This document shows, in pieces, positions 45,201-52,941 of a DNA stretch of 64,000 nucleotides. This DNA comes from Bryobacteraceae bacterium. Its GTDB lineage: Bacteria; Acidobacteriota; Terriglobia; Bryobacterales; Bryobacteraceae. Below the pieces are notes generated by a model. That model was not told where the DNA came from, did no database searches, and was given only the letters and a program-made list of their open reading frames with translations. The stretch is taken from assembly GCA_035541265.1 (NCBI GenBank), contig DATKNQ010000141.1:4179-68178 (forward strand). Reading direction: 5' to 3'. How positions within the stretch are numbered: the stretch's first letter is position 1; every line of letters begins with the position of its first letter. The translations under genes and the position numbers were made by a program.

Positions 45201-45672
45201 TCCCATAATGGGCCGATTCACGATGCGCTACGGTGAAGACATCACCGTGCCCATGGAAGGAATCTTCGGCGCCAAGGTGATGATCATCAACGAAATGGCG
45301 GGTTCGGGCGGCGACGCCATGCCGTGGCTATTCCACAAATCCGGCATTGGTCCGCTGGTGGGCATGCGCACCTGGGGCGGGCTGGTGGGGCATTACACCA
45401 GCGCCGGCGACTTCATCGATGGCGGCAACGTGGGCATGCCGGATCTCGGCTTTTACAACCTGGAAGGACAATGGGACGTGGAAAACCATGGTGTCTCGCC
45501 CGACTATGAGGTAGAGATGGATCCCAAGCTGGTGCGCGAGGGCCACGATCCCCAACTCGAAAAAGCGGTCGCGGTTGCGCTCGGCCGGCTCAGCAATAAC
45601 CCCGTGAATTACGGCAAGCGACCGGCATATCCGGACTATCACAGGGGCCAGAAGAGCACGCAGCAACCCTGA
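42238..45672 (+). CDS. tricorn protease homologue (TolB-like propellers, PDZ, S41 peptidase)
   Basis: [49 protein letters not shown], repeated WSPDGK/WSPDSK blades, C-terminal S41-like region ([19 protein letters not shown]). ATG at 42238 is chosen. Confidence 0.85.
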   Translation: [1144 protein letters not shown]

Positions 45673-45897
45673 CGCGCCAGTTCCCAAATAGAGAGCAGCG
45701 AGTCGTTTTGCGAGGGTCTGGAACACGGTGTTCCGCTTCGAGCACAGAGCCAGGCTGCACCGTTGTGATCGTAGACAGCAGCGGGCACTTAAATACGTAC
45801 TGAGAATGAAAGTATTATGTGGGCAACTAACGCAGCGGACGATGCACATGCCCGCTCCAAGGATAGCGGAAACCGCGGTTTCGGCTCCCTCGAGTAC

Positions 45898-45919
45898 GGT
45901 CGCATCTGGTAGCGCGACG
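45898..45919 (+). repeat. 22-bp direct repeat copy B: GGTCGCATCTGGTAGCGCGACG
   Basis: 21/22 identical to 41983-42004. Lies 115 nt from the 3' end of tRNA-Arg. Confidence 0.65.
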
Positions 45920-45925
45920 AAAACC

Positions 45926-45962
45926 TGCTGATGATTTCGGAAGATTGCTGATGATTCCGGAA
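45926..45962 (+). repeat. tandem direct repeat, period 20: TGCTGATGATTTCGGAA / TGCTGATGATTCCGGAA
   Basis: Two 17-nt cores (16/17 identical) spaced 20 nt apart, read directly. Confidence 0.6.
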
Positions 45963-46033
45963 ACGCCCGAGAACCGCCATCGCGAGGCTCGCACACCACG
46001 CACGCCAGATGGTTCTTAGATTAATGAAAACAA

Positions 46034-46110
46034 TGGCGCGCCCGGAGGGACTCGAACCCCCGGCCTACTGGTTCGAAGCCAGCCGCTCTATCCAACTGAG
46101 CTACGGGCGC
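46034..46110 (-). tRNA. tRNA-Arg (anticodon TCG), CCA encoded
   Basis: Manual cloverleaf: acceptor GCGCCCG/CGGGCGC, D arm GCTC-AGTTGGATA-GAGC, anticodon arm GCTGG-CTTCGAA-CCAGT, T arm GGGGG-TTCGAGT-CCCTC, discriminator G, CCA. 77 nt. Confidence 0.95.
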
Positions 46111-46124
46111 GCACCTGATCGATT

Positions 46125-47036
46125 TTACCGCGAACAGACCAGTAACAAATACCGGCCGTCCGGGCTGGGGATCTCTTCGAGGATTCGCAAGCCGCCGTGG
46201 TCCGCCAGCAGCGACCGGATCGCCTCCGCCGTGAAGCGGCAACTGAAATTCAAATTGATGCGCTCGCCGCGTTCCACCAGCACCTCCTGCACCGCCGTGA
46301 CGATCCGCAAATCGCGCGCCGTGCGGAAGTGCGACGCGGTCACGTGCAGGCCGTCGGTGCTCTTGTCCTGCTTGTGTTCGAAGCGCACTTCGCCATCGTC
46401 CGGCGAGACGCCTAGCGCGGCCAGCGGCGCGAACGCGAACTCGCGCGGCTCTTCCGGTTCGCCGCAGTCATAGATCTCGGCATCCAGTATCAGGCGATCG
46501 TCGCCGTGCAGGCACTGCGCCACGTGCTTGATCTGATCGAGCGGATCGAATCCGCCCAGCGTGTTGCCGGACATCAACAGCAGCTTGGGCGACTCTGCCG
46601 CATCCGAGGCGAAGACCAGATGCATCGGGCTGGCTATATCGGCTTTGATGCCGCCCGTTTCGATGTCGAGGTCCTCGGCGCCGGCGCAGGCCATTTCGAG
46701 CAGTGCCTGGCTGGCATCCACGGGATAATACCTCACCTCGCGGCCGGCATTACCAATGGCGGCGAGCAGGGTGAAGTCGGTGACTCCATCGCCCGCGCCA
46801 AAGCTGATCACCTGAACGGGCGGACCGAACGGTTCGAGCAGCCAGCCGATTCTGCCGGCGAGCTGTTGCCACGCGGCGCGCAGGCTGCCGAACGCCGGCC
46901 CGGCTGCACGGGCGCGCCAGGCCAGCACGGAGAGCGGGCTCCAGTAGAAGAATTTCTCCGGCAGGTCGCGCGCCTCCACCGCCTCGGCCAGCTCCTGGAC
47001 GATCTCCGCTTCCGTCAGGACGACTTCGATCTTCAC
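46125..47036 (-). CDS. SAM-dependent methyltransferase, EgtD-like (Methyltransf_33-like)
   Basis: LPEKFFYWSP, ISFGAGDG, YYPVDASQALL, SGNTLGGFDP...GDDRLILD resemble the histidine N-alpha-methyltransferase fold pattern, but divergently. Confidence 0.55.
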   Translation of the reverse strand: MKIEVVLTEAEIVQELAEAVEARDLPEKFFYWSPLSVLAWRARAAGPAFGSLRAAWQQLAGRIGWLLEPFGPPVQVISFGAGDGVTDFTLLAAIGNAGREVRYYPVDASQALLEMACAGAEDLDIETGGIKADIASPMHLVFASDAAESPKLLLMSGNTLGGFDPLDQIKHVAQCLHGDDRLILDAEIYDCGEPEEPREFAFAPLAALGVSPDDGEVRFEHKQDKSTDGLHVTASHFRTARDLRIVTAVQEVLVERGERINLNFSCRFTAEAIRSLLADHGGLRILEEIPSPDGRYLLLVCSR

Positions 47037-47048
47037 GGCCGCGCCTTT

Positions 47049-47819
47049 CTATAAGCCCATGACCTGGATTCCCGCGTCGACGAAGATCGTGTTGGCGGTG
47101 ACGCCGCGACCCAGGTCACTGGCCAGGAACACGGCCGTATCGGCGACCTCGGCGGGATCGGTGTTGCGGCGGAACGGCGCGCGCTGCGCGACGTAATCCA
47201 GAATCGTGGTGAAGTCTTTGATGCCGCGCGCGGAGGCCGTCTTCACCGGCCCGGCCGAGATCGCGTTGACGCGAATGCGCTGCGGCCCGAGGTCGCTCGC
47301 GAGGTAGCGCACGGAGGCTTCGAGCGACGCCTTCGCCGCGCCCATCACGTTGTAGTTCGGGACGACGCGCGTCGAGCCGAGATAGGTGAGAGTCATCAGC
47401 GCGCCGCCGCCGGTCATGAGCGGAACCGTGGCGCGGGCCACGGCCACCAGCGAATACGCGCTCACCTCCTGCGCCAGCAGGAAGCCGGCGCGCCCAGTCT
47501 CGACGAAAGGCCGCGAGAGATCGTCGCGGTTGGCGAAGGCCAGGCTGTGCACCACCGCGTCGAGCGGACGATTCAAGCCGCGCAGCGACCCGGTGAGCGC
47601 CGCCAGATCTTCCTCTTTCGTCACGTCGCAGGGCCACAAGCCGGCCACCGGCAAGCCTTGCGACAACTCTTCGATGGCCAGTTTTTGGCGGTCTCCCAAA
47701 TAGGTGAGCGCCAATGTGGCGCCCTCCCTCCAGAAGGCCTGCGCGATGGCATAAGCCAAACTCCATTTGTTGGCAATTCCGAGGATGAGGGCCAGTTTGC
47801 CCTCCAGCAGATTTGACAT
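47049..47819 (-). CDS. fabI: enoyl-[acyl-carrier-protein] reductase (NADH)
   Basis: LEGKLALILGIANKWSLAYAIA, SLAFAN, YNVMGAAKASLE, RVNAISAGPVKT motifs. Confidence 0.9.
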   Translation of the reverse strand: MSNLLEGKLALILGIANKWSLAYAIAQAFWREGATLALTYLGDRQKLAIEELSQGLPVAGLWPCDVTKEEDLAALTGSLRGLNRPLDAVVHSLAFANRDDLSRPFVETGRAGFLLAQEVSAYSLVAVARATVPLMTGGGALMTLTYLGSTRVVPNYNVMGAAKASLEASVRYLASDLGPQRIRVNAISAGPVKTASARGIKDFTTILDYVAQRAPFRRNTDPAEVADTAVFLASDLGRGVTANTIFVDAGIQVMGL

Positions 47820-47831
47820 GAGCGTAGTCTT

Positions 47832-48776
47832 CTATGGTAACCGCATCGGGCGTCCGCCTTCATCCTTGCTGCGTTGGGCGGCGTCCATAAAAGCGTAGAT
47901 CTCGACCGTCTCCTGGTTGGGCACGGGTGGCTCTCCGGTCGCGAAGAACTTCATGATTTGAACGACCAGCGGGCGATAACTTCCGGACGGCTGCGACGGA
48001 CTTTCGATAATCTGTTTCGGGCGGAAAACCACGGCGCCGTAGTCACTGTAAGGGCGTAGCGCGCGCACCGTGCCGATGCGGCCGTCTTTCCAGCGTCCCA
48101 CGATCACGTCGGCATCCGGCGTGAACATGCGTGTGACCTCTTCGCAGCCCGGCCCCATCAGCGTGTAGAGCAGCTCGATGGGATGGATGGCGTACCAGGC
48201 GAGCTCGAGTTGGTGGTGCGGCTCGAGCGGTCCGGGGCCCCAGGTTGCGACGCCGGTGGCGTCTTTGAACTTCATCGTCTCCGCGATTTCGCCGTAGCGC
48301 AGGCTCGAAGAGCTGAACCACGGCACGCCGGCCGCGTGCGCCAGGCGGTCGATTTCGCGCACGTCGGCGAAGGTGGCGGCCAGCGGCTTGTCGATAAACA
48401 CAAGCTTGTGCGCGGCGATCACGGGCCGGACCTGTTGCAGATGCACGCGGCCATCCACGCTTTCGAGCAGCACCGCGTCCACGTTGCGGCACAGTTCGGG
48501 TATGCTGTCGTAGAACCGCACATTCCACTTCGTGCGCAGCTCTTCGGCGTACTTGTCGACGCGCGTGGCGCTCGACTCGATGTCGGGGCTGCCGCCTTTG
48601 AACGCAGCTACGACCTTGCCGCCCGGAACATAATCGGGCGACGATTCGTCATTGAGCATCGCGGCGAAGGCGGTGGCGTGCGACGTGTCGGTACCGATGA
48701 TGCCGATCCGCAGGTTAGCAGCCGCGGCCGGCATGGCGCATAGAAATACGATGGCGGTAAGCTTCACTTCGGGCAT
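47832..48776 (-). CDS. Gfo/Idh/MocA family oxidoreductase, secreted
   Basis: ATG at 48776 gives a signal peptide then LRIGIIGTDTSHA. Confidence 0.8.
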   Translation of the reverse strand: MPEVKLTAIVFLCAMPAAAANLRIGIIGTDTSHATAFAAMLNDESSPDYVPGGKVVAAFKGGSPDIESSATRVDKYAEELRTKWNVRFYDSIPELCRNVDAVLLESVDGRVHLQQVRPVIAAHKLVFIDKPLAATFADVREIDRLAHAAGVPWFSSSSLRYGEIAETMKFKDATGVATWGPGPLEPHHQLELAWYAIHPIELLYTLMGPGCEEVTRMFTPDADVIVGRWKDGRIGTVRALRPYSDYGAVVFRPKQIIESPSQPSGSYRPLVVQIMKFFATGEPPVPNQETVEIYAFMDAAQRSKDEGGRPMRLP

Positions 48777-48793
48777 TGTACACTGTGGTGGGA

Positions 48794-50893
48794 ATGGATT
48801 TCGCAACTCCGCTCACTTACGTGAAAGGCGTCGGGCCGGCACGCGCGGCCATGCTGGAAGCTAAGGGTCTGGCCACGGTGGAAGATCTGTTGGGGTACGT
48901 GCCGTTCCGCTACGAGGATCGCAGCAACGTGAAAGTGGTGAATGAGCTGGCGCCCGGCGAGATGGCCACCGTGATCGCGGAGGTGCGGTCGGCCAGCCTG
49001 TCGGGCTTCAAACGCCGCAACCTGGGATTGTTTGAGGCCTCATTCACCGATCGCTCGCGCGGCATCCTGATGGGCAAATGGTTTCATGGCGGATATCTCG
49101 CCAACGTGCTGGCGCCGGGGCAACGCGTCGCTTTGTTCGGCAAAGTGGAATTCGACAGCTACGCCGGGCAGCTCACCATGCTGCATCCGGAATTCGAGAT
49201 TCTATCGGAGGACGACGAGGCGGCGGAAGCCGCGCTGCACCTGGGCCGCGTCGTGCCGGTCTATGAGGCCGTTGCGAAGATCACCACGCGCGTGCTGCGT
49301 ACGCTGGTGCATCGTGTGCTGCAGGAGCTCGCACCGGTGGAGGACCGGCTGCCCGAAAAAATTCGGCAGCGCCTGAAACTGCCGGACCGCTGGACAGCCA
49401 TCCGCGAGACGCACTTCCCGCCGCAGGAGACCGACATCCGGCTGCTGAACGCATTCCGCTCGCAAGCGCAATTCCGGCTGATCTTCGAAGAGTTCTTCTG
49501 GCTGGAATGCGGTGTGGCGCTGAAACGCAGCAAGGCGCGCACCATGCCGGGCATCTCGTTCGAGCTGACGGAACACGTGCGCGAGAAGGTAAAAGCCATG
49601 CTGCCGTTCAAGCCCACCGGCGCGCAGAAGCGCGTGCTCGGCGAGATCGCGCAGGACATGAAAGCGCCGCATCCCATGAACCGGCTGCTGCAAGGCGATG
49701 TGGGCAGCGGCAAGACCATCGTCGCGGCGGAGGCCGCCGTGATCGCGATCGAAAACGGATACCAGGTGGCGGTGCTCGCGCCCACCGAGATCCTGGCCGC
49801 GCAGCATTATTTCTATTTCAAGCAACTGCTGGCGCGGCTGGGTTACGTGGTGTTGCAGCTCACCGGATCGTTCACCAGCCGGGAGAAAGGACAACTGAAG
49901 AAGTTGATCGCCGCGGGGATGGCGCACGTGGCAATCGGCACGCACGCGCTGATCGAGAAAGATGTGGAGTTCTCGAAGCTGGGGCTCGCGATCGTCGATG
50001 AGCAGCATCGGTTCGGCGTGATGCAGCGGTTCGAACTGCTGCGCAAGGGCGTGCATCCGGACGTGCTGGTGATGACCGCGACGCCGATTCCGCGGACGCT
50101 GGCGCTGACGCTCTACGGCGATCTGGATGTTTCGGTGATCGACGAGCTGCCGCCGGGGCGCAAGCCGATCGTGACCAAGCACGTCACCGCCGATCACGCC
50201 GAGCGCGTCTACAGCTTTCTGAAGAAACAAATCGATGAAGGGCGGCAGGCGTACGTGGTTTATCCGGTGATTGAAGAATCGGAAACCAGCGCGATGAAAG
50301 CCGCCGAAAAGATGTACGAGCATTTGTCGCAGGAAGTGTTCCCGGGCATCTCTGTGGGCCTGCTGCACGGGCGGCTCCCAACGGACGAGAAAGAGTCGGC
50401 CATGGCGCGCTTCAAGGAAGGCGCGACCAAGATCCTGGTTTCGACCACGGTGATCGAAGTGGGAGTGGACGTGCCGAACGCCACGGTGATGGTGATCGAA
50501 CAGGCCGAGCGGTTCGGCCTCGCGCAGTTGCATCAGCTTCGCGGACGGGTAGGACGGGGCGCGGCACAGAGTTACTGCGTCCTGATCACCGAGCGGATGA
50601 ACGAGACGGCCAAAGAGCGCATCGCCGCGCTGGTGGGTTCGAATGACGGATTCGAGATCGCGGAAATGGACCTGAAGCTGCGCGGCCCGGGCGAGTTCTT
50701 CGGGACGAAGCAATCCGGCCTGCCGTCGCTGCGCGTGGCGAACATCCTGCGCGACAAAGAAATTCTGGAAGCCGCGCGGCGCGAGGCCGTGGACTTCGTG
50801 AGCCGGCCGCCTTCGGAGGAGGAACTGCGGCGCGCGATCGCCTACATTCGGGATCACTGGCAGCGGCGCTACGGGCTGGTGACGGTCGGCTGA
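48794..50893 (+). CDS. recG: ATP-dependent DNA helicase RecG
   Basis: Wedge domain, GDVGSGKT, DEQHRFG, TATPIPRTL, HQLRGRVGRG motifs. ATG at 48794 lies 17 nt from the divergent gene start. Confidence 0.9.
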   Translation: MDFATPLTYVKGVGPARAAMLEAKGLATVEDLLGYVPFRYEDRSNVKVVNELAPGEMATVIAEVRSASLSGFKRRNLGLFEASFTDRSRGILMGKWFHGGYLANVLAPGQRVALFGKVEFDSYAGQLTMLHPEFEILSEDDEAAEAALHLGRVVPVYEAVAKITTRVLRTLVHRVLQELAPVEDRLPEKIRQRLKLPDRWTAIRETHFPPQETDIRLLNAFRSQAQFRLIFEEFFWLECGVALKRSKARTMPGISFELTEHVREKVKAMLPFKPTGAQKRVLGEIAQDMKAPHPMNRLLQGDVGSGKTIVAAEAAVIAIENGYQVAVLAPTEILAAQHYFYFKQLLARLGYVVLQLTGSFTSREKGQLKKLIAAGMAHVAIGTHALIEKDVEFSKLGLAIVDEQHRFGVMQRFELLRKGVHPDVLVMTATPIPRTLALTLYGDLDVSVIDELPPGRKPIVTKHVTADHAERVYSFLKKQIDEGRQAYVVYPVIEESETSAMKAAEKMYEHLSQEVFPGISVGLLHGRLPTDEKESAMARFKEGATKILVSTTVIEVGVDVPNATVMVIEQAERFGLAQLHQLRGRVGRGAAQSYCVLITERMNETAKERIAALVGSNDGFEIAEMDLKLRGPGEFFGTKQSGLPSLRVANILRDKEILEAARREAVDFVSRPPSEEELRRAIAYIRDHWQRRYGLVTVG

Positions 50894-51429
50894 TGCGGGT
50901 GATCGGGGGCGAGTTCCGTTCGCGCCGGCTGAAAACACTGCCCGGTCTGGGAACGCGGCCGACGCCTGACCGGCTGCGCGAGACGCTATTCAATATCCTG
51001 GCGCCGCGGATCGCGGACGCGGTCTTCGTGGATGCTTATGCGGGCACCGGCGCGGTGGGCATCGAGGCGCTCAGTCGCGGCGCCGCCCGCTGTATCTTTC
51101 TCGAGCGCAGCAAGGCCGCGGTCGACGTGATCCGCGACAACTTGCACGCGCTCGGCATCACCGAGCATGCGAACGTCGTGGTGGGCAAGGTGCTCGTGTC
51201 GCTCGGGCGGCAGCGCGCTGACATCATTTTCCTCGATCCACCGTATAACATGGAAACGGAGTATGCGTCAGCGCTAGCCGAGGCGCATGCGCCGCTCGTC
51301 ATCGCGCAGCATTCCGTGCGCTTCGATCCCGGCGAAACGCATGGCCCCCTGCGGCGCTCGCGCGTGGTGCGGCAGGGGGACAATGCGCTAAGCTTTTACT
51401 CCGGCTCTACTGATTTTTCGTGTAGTTGA
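50893..51429 (+). CDS. rsmD: 16S rRNA (guanine966-N2)-methyltransferase RsmD
   Basis: RVIGGEFRSRRL, RPTPDRLRETLFNIL, DAYAGTGAVGIEALSRGA, FLDPPY. The start overlaps the recG stop (TGATG). Confidence 0.85.
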   Translation: MRVIGGEFRSRRLKTLPGLGTRPTPDRLRETLFNILAPRIADAVFVDAYAGTGAVGIEALSRGAARCIFLERSKAAVDVIRDNLHALGITEHANVVVGKVLVSLGRQRADIIFLDPPYNMETEYASALAEAHAPLVIAQHSVRFDPGETHGPLRRSRVVRQGDNALSFYSGSTDFSCS

Positions 51430-51616
51430 TGGTGCTGACCGGCAGGTTCTTGTCTTCACCGCTGGCCGTGAAGCTGGTAATGGTACTATAGCCGCCGGCA
51501 GGTGGATCGTGCGCGCAACGCTTCCAGCACCCTCCCGTCGTCAGCAGCAGTTCCAGGCGCGGCTCGGTCACAGGCTGCCGCCACGCCGATCCTGTTTCCA
51601 CAAATTCGAATTGCAT
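51407..51616 (-). CDS. possible small protein (69 aa) at the 3' end of the ThuA/Gfo operon
   Basis: Starts 6 nt after the Gfo gene stop with GC3-rich codons. No family recognised. Its 3' end overlaps the convergent rsmD by 23 nt. Confidence 0.3.
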   Translation of the reverse strand: MQFEFVETGSAWRQPVTEPRLELLLTTGGCWKRCAHDPPAGGYSTITSFTASGEDKNLPVSTINYTKNQ

Positions 51617-51622
51617 AGGCTG

Positions 51623-52927
51623 CTATAGCAGCCGGGTGACTCCCGGAACCAGCACCGGATAATTGCCATCCGGGCCTGGCGCCACCGGCGGTTCCGTTTC
51701 CGCGGCGACATTCTCAGGCAACGGTGGGTAGTAGAAATCTGATTTGTTGAACTGATCCCAGGTAACCTGTTGGCCCGTGTAGCAGGAAAACTGCCCGAGC
51801 AATCCGATCTGCGTGCTGCGCACCATGTAATCGCCGTTGTTTACCGGCGCGCCTTTGCGAATGCCGGTGAAGAGCGCCACATGTTCCAGGTCGTACGCAT
51901 CGGCCTTGGACTTGGCGGCTTGCGATTCCCAGTTCGTTTCGCCCGTAATGCGGAGTTGCAACAGATCGCAGCGTCCCTTGGTGCCGAGGATCAGGCTGGA
52001 GTTTTCGTTATAGCAGTTGTCGATCGTGCGGCAGAAAGCATACACGCGCACACCCTGCGGAAAGTCGTAGACCACCGCATGGTGATCGAAGACATCGCCG
52101 TAGACTTCGCCCTTGAGCGTCGAACGGCCTCCCATGCCGTAGCAGCGTGTGGGCGCCGCGTTGTGTAGCGCCCAACTCGACCGGTCAAGATTGTGGATCA
52201 GAGTCTGCGGCACATCGTCGCCGGACAGCCAGTGGAAATGATATTGATTGCTGGCCTGATACTCTATTTCTTTCATGCCCGGGCGCCGCGGGTACAACAC
52301 GTAGGGCGGCCGCAGCCACGTTTCCTGAATGGCCACGACCTCGCCGATCGCGCCATCATGCACCCGCTTCATCACATCGATGTAGCCTGGGTGGTAACGG
52401 CTTTGCAATCCGGAAACGATCGAGAGCCCTTTGACCTTGGCCAGTTCGCACGCGGCGCGCAGTTTATTGATACCCACGGGGTCGATGGCGTGCGGCTTCT
52501 CCACGAACACGTGCCGGCCCGCTTCGATGGCGGTCTTGGCATGCAGCGAGTGGAACTTCGCGGCGTTGGCAATGATTACCACGTCTGAAGCTTCGATCAC
52601 TTGCCTGTAAGCGCCGAAGCCTGCAAAGCAGCGGTCATCCGGGACGTCCACTTGGCCGGGATATTTAAGCCGCAGCGCGCTGCGCTTTTCCTGCACGCGG
52701 TCCAGCAGGATGTCGCCCATAGCCACGATGCGCACGTCCTTGCCGGCATTCATAGCGTTCATGGCAGCCGCCTCGCCGCGGCCGCCGCATCCGATGACTC
52801 CTACCCGGATGACGTCACTTCCGGCCGCGTGCACGAGCGGCAGCGGCAAGCTGCCGAGCACCATTGCCGGCGCGGCAGCCTTTAGAAAATCGCGGCGCGA
52901 CGCCGCCTCATAATTCTGCGGTTCCAT
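51623..52927 (-). CDS. Gfo/Idh/MocA family oxidoreductase with Tat signal
   Basis: SRRDFLKAAAPAMVLG, IRVGVIGCGGRG. Confidence 0.85.
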   Translation of the reverse strand: MEPQNYEAASRRDFLKAAAPAMVLGSLPLPLVHAAGSDVIRVGVIGCGGRGEAAAMNAMNAGKDVRIVAMGDILLDRVQEKRSALRLKYPGQVDVPDDRCFAGFGAYRQVIEASDVVIIANAAKFHSLHAKTAIEAGRHVFVEKPHAIDPVGINKLRAACELAKVKGLSIVSGLQSRYHPGYIDVMKRVHDGAIGEVVAIQETWLRPPYVLYPRRPGMKEIEYQASNQYHFHWLSGDDVPQTLIHNLDRSSWALHNAAPTRCYGMGGRSTLKGEVYGDVFDHHAVVYDFPQGVRVYAFCRTIDNCYNENSSLILGTKGRCDLLQLRITGETNWESQAAKSKADAYDLEHVALFTGIRKGAPVNNGDYMVRSTQIGLLGQFSCYTGQQVTWDQFNKSDFYYPPLPENVAAETEPPVAPGPDGNYPVLVPGVTRLL

Positions 52928-52941
52928 GAGTCATTGCCTCC

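Noticed and set aside
45673-46033. Search for an integrase, transposase or prophage remnant next to tRNA-Arg
   Set aside because: No frame in this 361-nt gap or its neighbours shows recombinase-like motifs. Only short repeats and an AT-rich stem-loop are present.
49202-50938. 578-aa ORF on the minus strand
   Set aside because: It lies entirely antisense to recG, whose helicase motifs are unambiguous. The translation is Arg/His/Pro-rich and low in complexity, typical of antisense frames in high-GC DNA.
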